The notes under the pieces are model-generated. The model did not search any database. It was not told the DNA's origin and saw only the letters and a list, made by a program, of their open reading frames with translations. 64,000 bases of DNA from Trueperaceae bacterium (GTDB lineage: Bacteria > Deinococcota > Deinococci > Deinococcales > Trueperaceae): the NCBI GenBank assembly GCA_965213705.1, contig OZ243913.1, positions 3,936,001 through 4,000,000 on the forward strand, read 5' to 3'. Positions 1-10,985 of this stretch are shown here, in pieces; the stretch's first letter is position 1; each line of letters opens with the position of its first letter. The position numbers and the translations under genes are program-made.

Positions 1-293
1 ACGGCGTCACGCAGGTTAAAAATCAGGTCCGTGCCCGCTTCGGTTTCGACAAATTCCCAACTCTCGGCCAAGCCCGACTTGACCTCGGCGAGGTCGGTGC
101 CTTCGAACTGCACCAGGGTCTCGTAAAGGTTGCTGGCGATGAGGTTGCAGGCAAATTCGTAGCACACGCCGGGGTCTAAAGTGATGAGGTCGCCCGAATC
201 TAGGCCGAACACGAGGGTCGACTGCCGCGAGGACTGAGCGAACCCCAGCGAGAACAACGTTACTCCGACGAGCCAAACAGCGAGCTTACGCAT
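1..293 (-). CDS. ABC transporter substrate-binding protein, peptide/nickel family 5 (N-terminal part; runs off window edge)
   Basis: Manual translation from ATG 293: MRKLAVWLVGVTLFSLGFAQ...LITLDPGVCYEFACNLIASNLYETLVQFEG...GLAESWEF; signal peptide, LDP and LYETLV/LAESW motifs; AGGAGG RBS. Not in ORF track. Confidence 0.85.
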   Translation of the reverse strand, partial: MRKLAVWLVGVTLFSLGFAQSSRQSTLVFGLDSGDLITLDPGVCYEFACNLIASNLYETLVQFEGTDLAEVKSGLAESWEFVETEAGTDLIFNLRDA

Positions 294-628
294 GTGACCT
301 CCTAAAGTACCTTCTCCCACCTACGGAAATTTGTAAGCGAGAAAGACTCAAAGTTTCTTGAAATCAAGTGCAAGTGTAACCTAGTTTATGGGTTAAAACA
401 ACCAATCCCGAAGGTTGAGGGTACTGGCGGTTCCGCTTTATCCCCTTCGACCTCTCTATTCGCCGTGTCCACCGAAAGCTGGATGAAGTTCCTGCTCGAG
501 AATCTTTCGAGCCTCCAGTTCGAACGAACTATACAAGAGTTACACTCAGAGAGATTTTCGGTACAGTTAGAATTTATGAGCGGATTTCGAAAATTCGGAT
601 TTAACAACGCCATGTCGGAGGAAACATT

Positions 629-2164
629 TTGACAACAGTCGCCGTTATCGGGGCGGGCACGATGGGCCGGGGCGTCGCGCAAGTCGCGGCGCAGGCGGGG
701 TACGACGTTGTTCTTTATGATGCGTTTCCCGAGGTTTTAGAAAAAGCCGCCGCCGAGTTGGAAACCATTTTCGAGATGCTTGCTGCCAAGGAGCGGCTCG
801 AGTACCCCGCCGAAGTCCTGGCGCACATCGCGTTCAGCTCGAGTTTGGGTGATGTTCGAAATGCAGATTGGATAGTCGAGGCCGTCCCCGAAGACTTGAG
901 CCTCAAGCGCGACCTATTCAGCGAGCTAGGTGATTTGGGCGAACATACCGTGCTGGCGACGAACACCTCTACCCTGTCGGTCTCGGGCATCGCCGCGGCG
1001 GCGTCACGGCCCGAGCGCGTCGTCGGGCTGCACTTTTTCAACCCCGCGCCGCTCATGAACCTCGTCGAGGTGGTTCCGGGCGTGGCGACCGACCTGAGCG
1101 TCGTGGAGCAGGCGCGTTTTTTCGTGCAGGGACTGGGCAAGACGCCCGTGGTCGCGCGGGACGCGCCCGGCTTTATCGTCAACCGCGTGGCGCGGCCCTT
1201 TTACGGCGAAGCGCTGAAGCTGCACGGCGAGGGCCTGCCGGTAGAAACCATCGACCGAGTTATGCGCGGCCTGGGTTTTCGCATAGGGCCGTTCGAACTG
1301 ATGGACTTAATCGGCATCGACGTGAACTACGCCGCGGCGAAGAGCGTCTACGAGCAGTTTTTTCACGAGCCGCGTTACCGCCCGCACCCCCTGCAGCGCA
1401 GCATGGTCGAAGCGGGCTGGCTGGGCCGCAAGACCGGGCGCGGTTTTTACACCTACCCACGCGAAACGCCTCAAGAAAAGCAAAACGGGCGCGGTATGTC
1501 TTCACTGCGGCCTTATTTGATAGGGCCGGAGGACTTGCTCGAGCTGTACGCGGACTTTCCCCAGGTGGACAACCCCGCCGAGGCCGACTTCGTTTTGGAC
1601 CTGTACAGTGACCCGATAGGTCTGAGTCTGGACGAAGCGCACCACGAGACATTGCTGAACAGCGATTTGCCGGTGGTTCGACTCATGTGGGGCGGCTCGA
1701 GCAGCGTTTTGGCCGGCGACGTCGCGCCGAACGAGTTGGCCGGCTTCAGCCTCGTGCCGCCTTTTGAAAAAGGTTGCACGGTCGAACTGTGCGTCCCACT
1801 CGGCCAGGGCGACACCGACGCGCTGCGGCTCGCCGGGGCTTACTTCAAGGCGCAGGGCCTCGAGACGGTTCGAATCCCCGACACCCCCGGCGGCGTGGGC
1901 TTTCGAATTCTCGCCATGATTATCAACGAGGCGGTGAGCGCCGTGGCGGAAAAGCTTGCCCCGCCCGCCGCCATCGACACTGCTATGAAACTCGGCACGA
2001 ACTACCCGCTGGGACCTTTGGAGTGGAGCGAAACGCTGGGGCTCGAGAACTTGCTGGTCGGCTTGCAAGGCTTGTTCGAGGAGCTGGGCGAAGACCGCTA
2101 CCGCCCCCACCCCCTCCTCAAACGCATGGTCGCCGCGGGTGTGCAGCGCTGGGACGAGCTGTGA
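629..2164 (+). CDS. 3-hydroxyacyl-CoA dehydrogenase, PaaH-like (duplicated C-terminal domain)
   Basis: GAGTMGRG Rossmann motif, ATNTSTLS, GLHFFNPAPLM, PGFIVNR, second GTNYPLGP repeat. Confidence 0.9.
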   Translation: MTTVAVIGAGTMGRGVAQVAAQAGYDVVLYDAFPEVLEKAAAELETIFEMLAAKERLEYPAEVLAHIAFSSSLGDVRNADWIVEAVPEDLSLKRDLFSELGDLGEHTVLATNTSTLSVSGIAAAASRPERVVGLHFFNPAPLMNLVEVVPGVATDLSVVEQARFFVQGLGKTPVVARDAPGFIVNRVARPFYGEALKLHGEGLPVETIDRVMRGLGFRIGPFELMDLIGIDVNYAAAKSVYEQFFHEPRYRPHPLQRSMVEAGWLGRKTGRGFYTYPRETPQEKQNGRGMSSLRPYLIGPEDLLELYADFPQVDNPAEADFVLDLYSDPIGLSLDEAHHETLLNSDLPVVRLMWGGSSSVLAGDVAPNELAGFSLVPPFEKGCTVELCVPLGQGDTDALRLAGAYFKAQGLETVRIPDTPGGVGFRILAMIINEAVSAVAEKLAPPAAIDTAMKLGTNYPLGPLEWSETLGLENLLVGLQGLFEELGEDRYRPHPLLKRMVAAGVQRWDEL

Positions 2165-2589
2165 AACCGATTCCCGAAGGTCACACGGCAACCCATGAAA
2201 TTGTCGTCACAGAAGAGATGACCGTCGATTTTGAACAGGACGACCCCCGCCTCGGCAAGCTTCACCCCGTTTACGCGACCTACTGGTTGGTCAAGCACAT
2301 GGAAATGGTCAGCCGCAAAGTCATCCTCCCCTTTTTAGATGCGGACGAAGAGGGCGTCGGCTTCGAGGTGAGCGTGACGCACCTCGCCTCGGCGCTCCCC
2401 GGCATGACGGTGCGAATAAGCGCCGAGCACCTGAAAACCGAAGGGAACCGCATCTACGCCCGCTGCGAAGCGGTGAGCGAACTGGGCGACCTCGTCGGGA
2501 CAGGCACGACCACACAAGTTTGGATGAAACGGGAACGGCTCAACGGCGGCTTCGCCAAACTGAGAGAACGTTGGGACGACCGCGGCTAA
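2161..2589 (+). CDS. Hotdog-fold thioesterase (FlK-like)
   Basis: GTG 2161 overlaps upstream stop; HPVYATYWLVKHME...GVGFEVSVTHLASALPGM. Confidence 0.8.
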   Translation: MKPIPEGHTATHEIVVTEEMTVDFEQDDPRLGKLHPVYATYWLVKHMEMVSRKVILPFLDADEEGVGFEVSVTHLASALPGMTVRISAEHLKTEGNRIYARCEAVSELGDLVGTGTTTQVWMKRERLNGGFAKLRERWDDRG

Positions 2590-3524
2590 CCCAACACGGT
2601 TCGCAAGTCCGCCAAACCGATGTTCGCGCCGCAAATGACGAGTACGACGTTTTTGCCCTCAAGCCGCTCCTGCAGTTTCTGGTACGCCGCCACCACGACG
2701 CCCGCCGCACCTTCCAACAACATGTGATGCAGCTCGATGAAGCGCCGCACCGCGACTTTAATTTCGTCCTCGGACACCGTCACGTAGTCGTCCACGAGGT
2801 TTTTGACCATCTCAAAGGTCACCGCGCCCGCCTCCACGCCGCCCGCCGTGCCGTCAGAAAGCGTCGGGAGCGACGGTATATCCACAATCTTTCCCGCCCG
2901 TACCGACGCCATCATCACCGCCGAGTTTGCGGGCGAGCAGGCGATGATTTCGACGTTCGGCCGCACCGTTTTCAAGTACGCGGCTATACCTGAGACGAGC
3001 CCGCCACCGCCGAGCGCGACGAGGACGACATCTATCTTGTCCAACTGCCGCACCAACTCCACCCCGACCGTACCTTGCCCCGCCACGACCTCTAGGTCGT
3101 TATAAGGCGAAACGTAGGTCAACTTGTTCTCGGCGGCGTAGGCTCGAGCCTGCTTCTCAGCCACCACGCCGTCGTCACCATAAACGCGCACCTCGCCGCC
3201 GAGCCGCTTTATCGCCTCAACTTTCGTCGGCGCGGCGTTTTCGGGGACGAAGATGAGGCCGGAAAGCTCGAGCTTGTTCAGCGCGTAAGCGACCGCCGCC
3301 CCGTGGTTGCCGGTCGAGGCGGTGACGACGCCGCGCGCTTTTTCCTCCGCGCTGAGCGACAAGAGCTTGTTCAGCGCCCCGCGCACCTTGAACGAGCCCG
3401 TGGGTTGGAGGGTCTCGAGCTTGACGAACACGTTTTCACCGAGTGGCGAGGGCAGCAGCGGCGTCTCGGGCAGGTAAGGGCGCAGTCGGGTTTCAGCTTT
3501 GAGGACGTCCTCGGACAAGGTCAC
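2586..3524 (-). CDS. PLP-dependent threonine/serine dehydratase family protein
   Basis: KLETLQPTGSFKVRGA, ASTGNHG, GGGGL motifs. Confidence 0.9.
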   Translation of the reverse strand: MTLSEDVLKAETRLRPYLPETPLLPSPLGENVFVKLETLQPTGSFKVRGALNKLLSLSAEEKARGVVTASTGNHGAAVAYALNKLELSGLIFVPENAAPTKVEAIKRLGGEVRVYGDDGVVAEKQARAYAAENKLTYVSPYNDLEVVAGQGTVGVELVRQLDKIDVVLVALGGGGLVSGIAAYLKTVRPNVEIIACSPANSAVMMASVRAGKIVDIPSLPTLSDGTAGGVEAGAVTFEMVKNLVDDYVTVSEDEIKVAVRRFIELHHMLLEGAAGVVVAAYQKLQERLEGKNVVLVICGANIGLADLRTVLG

Positions 3525-3584
3525 AGCCTCCTATTCTATCTCGCGAGAGCGGAGCCGAACCCGGCCCTGTGTTTTAATTAAAGA

Positions 3585-5105
3585 ATGAAACCTGCCAACA
3601 CCCGCCCCCTACTTCTCGCCGGGGCCGTTTTTCCCACTTACCCTCACCCCGCCGACGCCCTCTTAGTCGTCGACGGCAAAATCCGCGCGGTCGGCCGACG
3701 CCAAGACGTAGACCTACCGCCGCACACGGTCATCAAAGACCTGAACGGGTTGACCGTGCTGCCCGGACTCGGCGACGCGCACGTCCACTTCGCGGCGACC
3801 GGCTTTTTGCAGAGCGCCGTCGACTGCCGCGGCATCAAGACCATCGCCGCTTTGTTGGAGCGTTTAGCGAGTGAGGCACGCAAAAAAGCGCCGGGCGAAC
3901 TTGTTTTGGGGTTGCGGCTCGAGCACCTGGAATTTTCCAGCAAACGCGTCCCGACCCTGCAGGAATTAGAGGCGGCCGCGCCCGACAACCCGGTTTACCT
4001 GCGCCACATCACCGGCCACAGCTCGGTGGCGAGTGCGAGCGCGCTTGAACTTCTGAATTTTCAGAGCGGCCAGCCCGGTGTACAGGTCGACGCCGAGAGC
4101 CTTCCCACCGGCTACCTCATCGCCCAGGCGACCCAGGCCGCGACGCAAAAGATGTACGCGCTGAACGCGCAACAAGTGGGCTACGAGACCGCGTTTCGGG
4201 CGGCGGCGCGGGTGGCGGCGGAACAGGGTTGCACCGCCGTTCACGCCTTGGACGACCTCGGCGCGGTCGAAGCGTTGCTGAGGCTCGAGCCCCAGCTTGA
4301 CGTGCGCGTCTTGCCCTACACGCAAAGTTTCGACATAGACGCCGTCCAGGCCTTGGGCCTGCCGCGAATAGGCGGTTGCCACGGTTGCGCGCTCGACGGC
4401 GACTTCGACATGCACACCGCCGCGCTCACCACGTCTTACAAAGGCTGCCCCGAAGATTTCGGCCTCCTCTACCACAACGACCTTTCGCTGCAGGGCTTCG
4501 TGCTGGACGCGCACCGCCGCGGGCTGCAACTCGCCTTTCACGCGGTCGGCGACCGGGCCGTGGAGCAGGCGCTGCGAGCGTTCGAACGCGCCCAGCTTGA
4601 ACACCCACGCCCCGACCCGCGCCACCGCATCGAACACGCGCAACTCATGAGCCCCGAGCAGATGGCGCGCGCAAAAGCCGCGGGCGTCATGCTGTCGGTC
4701 CAACCGGCGTTCAACCACGTTTGGGACCACCACACCTACGACGAGTGGGTGGGCGAACGTTCGAACGAGGTCGACCCGCTCGCCACGATGCTGCGTGCAG
4801 GATTGATACTCGCCGGGGGTTCGGACAGCACCGTGACCGATTTGCAACCCGTGTTGGGCGTCCACGCGGCCGTGAACCACTCGCGCGAGGAGGAGCGCGT
4901 CAGCGTGGCCGACGCCATGCGCATGTTTTCTTACGGGGTCGCTTACAGCACCTTTGACGAAGGCGCGCGCGGCACGGTTGCGCCCGGTCTCGACGCCGAC
5001 TTAACCATGCTGGCCCAAAACCCGTTCGACGTTGACCCCGCCGCCATCAAAGACATTCCCGTCGCCATGACGTTCGTGCAGGGGCGGGCGGTGTTCGAGG
5101 CTTGA
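3585..5105 (+). CDS. Metal-dependent amidohydrolase (amidohydrolase_3/YtcJ-like)
   Basis: PGLGDAHVH, HAVGDRA, RHRIEHAQ, GSDS motifs. Confidence 0.88.
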   Translation: MKPANTRPLLLAGAVFPTYPHPADALLVVDGKIRAVGRRQDVDLPPHTVIKDLNGLTVLPGLGDAHVHFAATGFLQSAVDCRGIKTIAALLERLASEARKKAPGELVLGLRLEHLEFSSKRVPTLQELEAAAPDNPVYLRHITGHSSVASASALELLNFQSGQPGVQVDAESLPTGYLIAQATQAATQKMYALNAQQVGYETAFRAAARVAAEQGCTAVHALDDLGAVEALLRLEPQLDVRVLPYTQSFDIDAVQALGLPRIGGCHGCALDGDFDMHTAALTTSYKGCPEDFGLLYHNDLSLQGFVLDAHRRGLQLAFHAVGDRAVEQALRAFERAQLEHPRPDPRHRIEHAQLMSPEQMARAKAAGVMLSVQPAFNHVWDHHTYDEWVGERSNEVDPLATMLRAGLILAGGSDSTVTDLQPVLGVHAAVNHSREEERVSVADAMRMFSYGVAYSTFDEGARGTVAPGLDADLTMLAQNPFDVDPAAIKDIPVAMTFVQGRAVFEA

Positions 5106-7006
5106 AAGGGTTGGGCTCGAGGGGAAACTCGACAAACTGCTTTAACAGACATGCGTAGTGACGGTTGTCGGGTCGTTTTTGTGCGTTTTTTGACCGTGGT
5201 AACCTCGGGGTAAAGTACGCTTGGGAACATCTTCGACTGAGAGGGCGAGCGTGACGACACAACCGCATACCGACCTGAAGTTCTTTACCAACGAACCCGA
5301 CGCCACCCTCTACCACCGCTTCGTTAAAACCCTCGAGTACGCTTCACACTTCGATGTTCTTGTAGGCTACTTCCGCACCAGCGGCTTCCACCGGCTTTAC
5401 CGGGCTTTGGAGCGCACCGAGAAGGTCAGGATTTTGGTCGGCTTGAGCGTAGACCGCAAAGCGTTCGAGATAATTGAACAGGTGCGCGACTCAAGCAGAA
5501 TCGACTTCGAGTCGCATGAACGCACCCGGCAAGTGTTTGTCCGCAACCTCACCACCGAGATGAGCGAGTCGGAGGACACGCCGGAGGTCGAAATCTCCGC
5601 CCGTAAGTTTATCGAGTATTTAGAGTCCGGCAAGCTCGAGCTGCGCGCCTACCCGAGCCGGAACCTGCACGCCAAGGTCTACATTTCGCGCTTTCCCGAG
5701 AATTTCATGGAGTTCGGTAAAGTTATCACCGGCTCGAGCAACTTCTCGGAATCCGGTCTGGTGGCACAGCGCGAGTTCAACGTCGAACTCAAAGACCGCC
5801 CCGACGTGGAGTTTGCCCTTGCAAAGTTCGAAGAACTGTGGGCCGAAGGGGTGGACATTTCTCAGGAGTACGTGGACACGCTGCTCACAAAGACCTGGCT
5901 CTCGGACCAAATCACGCCCTATCAGCTTTACCTCAAGTTTTTGTACGAGTATTTCAAAGAGGACATAAATATAGACGAGGATGTGGACCTCTTTTTGCCT
6001 GAGGGTTATATGGATTTGGCGTACCAGAAGCAGGCGGTGTTAGCAGCTAAGAAAATAATCGAGGCTTATGGTGGCGTGTTCATCGCGGACGTGGTTGGTC
6101 TCGGCAAGACGTTTATCGCGGCGCTGCTTCTGCAGCAACTGCCGGGCCGCAAGCTCGTCATTTGCCCGCCGGTTTTGGCCGACTATTGGAAAGAAACCAT
6201 GCACCAGTTTTACGTGCCGGGTGTCGAGGTGGAGTCTTTGGGCAAGCTCGAGCAAATCTTGGAGCGGGGCGTTGAAAAGTACAGCACGGTCGTCATCGAC
6301 GAGGCGCACCGTTTCCGCAACGAACTCACCCAGGGCTACGAGACGCTTCACAAGATTTGTCGGGGCAAAAAGGTCGTGCTGGTCTCGGCGACGCCCCTGA
6401 ACAACAAGCTCGGCGACATCTTGAGCCAGCTCAAACTGTTCCAACCCGGCAAACAGAGCGCCATCCCCGGCGTGCGCAACTTAGAAGCGTTTTTCAAAAC
6501 GTTGCAGAAAAAGCTCGACAGCGTGGACAAGGACGACCCTTCGTACTTAGAACTGGTCGAAGAAACCTCCAAAGAAGTGCGGGATAAAGTCTTGAAACAC
6601 GTCATGGTACGGCGGACGCGCACCGAAATCAAAAAGTATTTCAGCGACGACTTAGAAAAGCAGGGGCTGCGCTTTCCCGAGCTAGCCAGTCCAGAGCGCA
6701 TCATTTACGAGTTCGACGGCAACATCGAAGAGGTGTTCAACACGACCATCGGTCTATTAAAAAGCTTCACTTACGCCCGCTACACCCCCCTCCTCTACCT
6801 GAAAAAAGGGCTGGGCGAGTTCGAGTTGCAGTCCCAGCGCAACATCGGCGGTTTTATGAAGGGCTTATTGGTGAAGCGTTTGGAGAGCAGCTTTTACGCC
6901 TTCAAGCAAACCGTAGACCGCTTCATCACCTCCTACCAGAACTTTCTTCACATGCTGGAGGGAGGAACCGTCTACATCAGCAAAAAGGTCGGGTAGTGGC
7001 CCACCA

Positions 7007-7423
7007 TCAACTGACAGCAGCACGCTCAAGATTGTAGCGGACCAAGAACAGATGCAAGCAAATGAGGTGCATGTGTTCGGACTTGGAGAAGGATAAGGTC
7101 TTTCTGACAAAGCGCGCTAGGCGTTGGCGGATAGTATTGTTAAAGCGCTCGACGTGTGCTGTAAGCCCTGAGTCTTTACCAACAGCTTGATGCTGTTCAT
7201 CGGGAACGACGGCCTGATAAGCTTCCCAGAAGTCACTAAACACCGTGCCTTGTTTATAAGCATCTGGGATGTTACGCCAAAGTTTTTGACAAGTAGCAAT
7301 GCCACGTCCACCTACAACACAAGCGACCACCTGGCGTGTCTGCTTACAAAGCGCTATCCAGGCCCACCGTTTGTTACGTCTACATCGAACAAATGACCAC
7401 ATCTCGTCGAGTTCGAGTTGCAC
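7007..7423 (-). CDS. insB: IS1 InsB DDE transposase domain (probably fused to InsA by slippage)
   Basis: ELDEMWSFV, SDFWEAY, HVERFNNTIRQRLARFVRKTLSFSKS. Confidence 0.9.
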   Translation of the reverse strand: MQLELDEMWSFVRCRRNKRWAWIALCKQTRQVVACVVGGRGIATCQKLWRNIPDAYKQGTVFSDFWEAYQAVVPDEQHQAVGKDSGLTAHVERFNNTIRQRLARFVRKTLSFSKSEHMHLICLHLFLVRYNLERAAVS

Positions 7424-7457
7424 CGCTTCAGGGTTCTCGGGCGTAACCAGTGTGGCG

Positions 7458-7736
7458 CTAAGCGGCGGTGTCGTCGCGGCTTTTTTTGAGCCATTTCGCT
7501 ATTGTGGTGCGGGACACGCCGAATGTTCTGGTCAGCCCACGCATACTAGAGCGCTCCTGATACGACTTCAGTATCTCATCTTTCTTCGCTTCGCTGTACC
7601 CTTTAGTGCTCGCGTTCTCGCGACTGGACTTGCCGCACGCTCGACACAGGTACTTTTGCTTGCCGTTTGGTGCATGACCGTTCTTGACAAGCTCTTCGCT
7701 CTCGCAGTGGCAGCAACGTACAACTTTGGTGACCAT
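7458..7736 (-). CDS. insA: IS1 InsA (zinc ribbon + HTH)
   Basis: CCHCES..VKNG...GKQKYLCRAC, SMRGLTRTFGVSRTTIAKWLKK. Confidence 0.9.
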   Translation of the reverse strand: MVTKVVRCCHCESEELVKNGHAPNGKQKYLCRACGKSSRENASTKGYSEAKKDEILKSYQERSSMRGLTRTFGVSRTTIAKWLKKSRDDTAA

Positions 7737-10700
7737 TCCTTAGCTTATCAGTCTTTGCTAAACCACTACCAAAGGTCGATGTCTACGACCTGCTGGACGG
7801 GGACGACGAAGAGAGGCTGTTGAGTTTGGTCGAGCAGGACAAGGTACAAAAGTACGCCGCTACCGAGTTCAAGTCCGACTTTGCGACGAAGTTGCGCAGC
7901 GACCTCGCGCTGCTTCAAACCGTGCAAAAGATGTGGCGGCGCATAGAAGACGACCCCAAGTTGGGGGCCTTCGAGCGGGAGCTTACGAAAAACCCGCTGC
8001 TCGAGGACAACAAGGTCATCGTGTTCAGCGAGTCGAAGGAAACGGCTCGCTATCTCTACGAACAGCTTGAAGACCGCTTTCCGAACCAGGTCTGCTTTTA
8101 TGCCAGCGGGGGCGGCGTCTACGGCGGGCAAACTTACAGCGTCGGCGCGGCCAGAGAGCTTATCCAGGCGAACTACAACCCGAACCACAGCAACCCGCGA
8201 GACGATGTCCGCATTCTGATTACCACCGACGTGCTGGCCGAAGGCATCAACCTCCACCGCTCGAACACCGTCGTCAACTACGACCTGCCCTGGAACCCGA
8301 CCCGCGTGCTGCAACGTGTCGGGCGCGTGAACCGCGTCGGCACCGAGCACAAAACCGTCTACGTGTTCAACTTTTTCCCGACCTCGCAGAGTGACGAGCA
8401 CTTAGGGTTAGAGGGCAACATCAAAGCCAAGCTGCAAGCGTTTCACGACACGTTGGGCGAGGACGCCAAGTACCTCTCCAGCGACGAAGAGGTCTCCACC
8501 CACGAGCTTTTCGGCGAGAAGTACGCCGACACGCTTTACCGCAAGCTCACCGACAAGGACGCGCTCGAGGCCGAGGAAGACGAGGCGACCGAACTCAAGT
8601 ACCTCAAACTCATCCGCGAGGTCCGGGACGAACAGCCGGACCTGTTCGAAACCGTCAAACGCCTGCCCAAAAAGGCGCGGAGCGGCAAGACGTGGCCGCA
8701 GGCGGAAAACGGGCAAGACCACCTGCTGACCTTTTTTCGCAAGGGCAAGCTCAAAAAGTTCGTGCTCGGGCGCGGCCAAGGCGAGCCGGTTGAACTCACC
8801 TTTTTGGACGCCGCCAGAATCGTCGCTTGCCGCCCCGAGACCGAGCGGTGCCAGGTGCCGAGTCCCTACTACAGTCTGCTCACGCGCAACAAAGAAGCGT
8901 TCAAACACGTCACCAGCGACGACCCGGTAGACCTGAGCGGCGGGGGCGGCGTGACCAACGAAAAACACATCTTGCAAGTGCTCAAATCCAGGGAGTTTCG
9001 GCACTTCAAGGGCTTTACCGACGAAGACGAACATTTTCTCAAGGCGGTACGCGAGGCGCTCGAGGCCGGATTGGTCGCCAAAAACACCGCCAAGCGCGTC
9101 AAGACCGACCTCAAAAACAGCTTGCAACCGCTCAAAGTCCTGGCCGTGTTGCGCAGAAACTTAGACGTTGCCCAGTTTCGGCAAACGGATGCAGAAGAGC
9201 ACCTGGACCCGCGTGAAGTGATTTTGTCCGAATACCTGGTTAGCAGTGAACCCGTAGGGAGTGAACCAGCATGAGACCCCAAGAAGCCGGCACCTTAGTC
9301 GAGGCCACCTTCAACCACAGCTATGACGAAGGGCGCTTCCGGCTGTTCGCCCGCAACTTGTTCGGCGACTTGGAGGAGAAAAGCGACCGCTGGGCCGGGA
9401 GCTATGTGCCCGAAGCTTTCCGGGGCTTTGTCAGCCAGTACGGGCGCCTGGGCAAGTTCGAGGACGCCGAGGGCTACAGCGTGGACGTGCTGGCCGTGAA
9501 GCTCAAAAGCGCCGCGCAGTTGGAACGCGCCCGTAGCGCCCAGCGCAACTTCATTGCCCGGTACTTAAACGGCGGGCGCGGCGACGTGCTCAGGGACGCC
9601 GCCCTGGTCGCGTTTTACGCCGACGACGACCCCGACTGGCGCTTCTCGCTCGTGCGGATGGACTACAGCCTCGACTTAGAGCACAACAAGCTGCGCAGAG
9701 ACCTCACCCCGGCGCGGCGCTACTCGTTTCTGGTCGGCCCGAGCGAGCGCACCCACACCGCCCAAAAGCAACTTTCCAAAGTCCTGACGGGCGACGCCCT
9801 CCCAACCCTGACCGCCCTCGAGCAAGCCTTCAACATCGAAACCGTCACCAAAGAGTTTTTCGAGAAGTACAAGGAGTTGTTCTTAAACCTCAAAGAGGCG
9901 CTGGACGCGCTGGTAGACGAGAACACGCGCGTCGCGCAAGAGTTCACGGCCAAGGACATCGACACCGCCAACTTCTCAAAACGCCTGCTCGGACAAATCG
10001 TGTTCCTGTACTTTTTGCAGAAAAAGGGCTGGCTGGGCGTGCAGCGTGGTGCGGCCTGGGTCGGCGGTCCCAAAGACTTTTTGCAGCGCCTCTTCGCCGG
10101 TGACTACGTCCGGTACGGCAACTTTTTCAACGACATTTTAGAACCCCTCTTTTACGAAGCCCTGGCCGTGGAGCGCAGCGAGCACTACTATTCCCGCTTC
10201 GACTGCGCCATCCCCTTTTTGAACGGCGGTCTGTTCGAACCCATTGGCGGCTACGACTGGGTGAACGTGGACATCCCGCTAAAGAACGAATTATTTGAGG
10301 ACATCTTCGGCGTGTTCGACCTCTACAACTTCACCGTGCGCGAGGACGAACCGCTCGACAAAGAGGTCGCGGTAGACCCCGAGATGCTGGGCAAGGTGTT
10401 CGAGAACCTGCTGGAAGTCACCGACCGCAAGAGCAGGGGAGCCTTTTACACGCCCCGCGAAATCGTCCACTACATGTGCCGGGAGAGTTTAATCAACTAC
10501 CTGGACACCGCGCTCAACACCGTCAAGCGCCCCTTGGCAAAGCAAGCCGCCAGCCAAGACGCCCTGTTCGGCAAGCCCCAGGCCCGACAAGAACCGTTGT
10601 ATGAAGAGGTCTACGAGGCGCGTGTGCCCAGAGAGGACATAGAAGCGTTCATCCGCTTAGGCGACGTGGCCCAGGAGCACGACGCCACCACGGTTCAAAA

Positions 10701-10888
10701 GGGCAAAGAGACCGAAGCCTACAGCTTCAAAACGCCCGAGAGCATCCGCGGGAGTGCCGGGGCCATCGACGACGCGCTTGCCAGCATTAAAATCTGCGAC
10801 CCGGCCATCGGTTCGGGCGCGTTCCCGGTCGGGATGATGAACGAAATCGTGCGGACACGTTCGGCGCTGACGCCGTACTTAGCTGCGG

Positions 10889-10985
10889 CCCCCCTTAACA
10901 AGGGGGGTTGGGGAGATTTAGCCCAGGCCACTCGAGAAGCAGCCGACAGAAGCAAATCCCCCCTTAGTCCCCCCTTGTTAAGGGG
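10889..10985. repeat. REP-like inverted doublet inside the methyltransferase coding sequence
   Basis: CCCCTTAACAAGGGGGG...GATTT and inverted AAATC...CCCCCCTTGTTAAGGGG. Confidence 0.8.

Larger units (their letters stand above)
6992..7770 (-). mobile_element. IS1-family insertion sequence, 779 bp
   Basis: Imperfect TIRs GGTAGTGG...CCACTACC; 8-bp direct repeat AAAGGTCG at 6984-6991 and 7771-7778; insA/insB ORFs. Confidence 0.95.
5251..9274 (+). pseudogene. PLD-nuclease + SNF2-type helicase (restriction-associated), interrupted by IS1
   Basis: LHAKVYI...TGSSNFS (HxK PLD), ADVVGLGKT, IDEAH, SATP, LAEGINL, QRVGRVNR. Removing the IS and one target copy joins ...ISKKV|DVYDLLDG... in frame (about 1078 aa from GTG 5251). 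Confidence 0.9.

Noticed and set aside
465..632. Possible 55-aa ORF overlapping the paaH-like start
   Set aside because: No clear RBS, atypical composition and no motif; not supportable.
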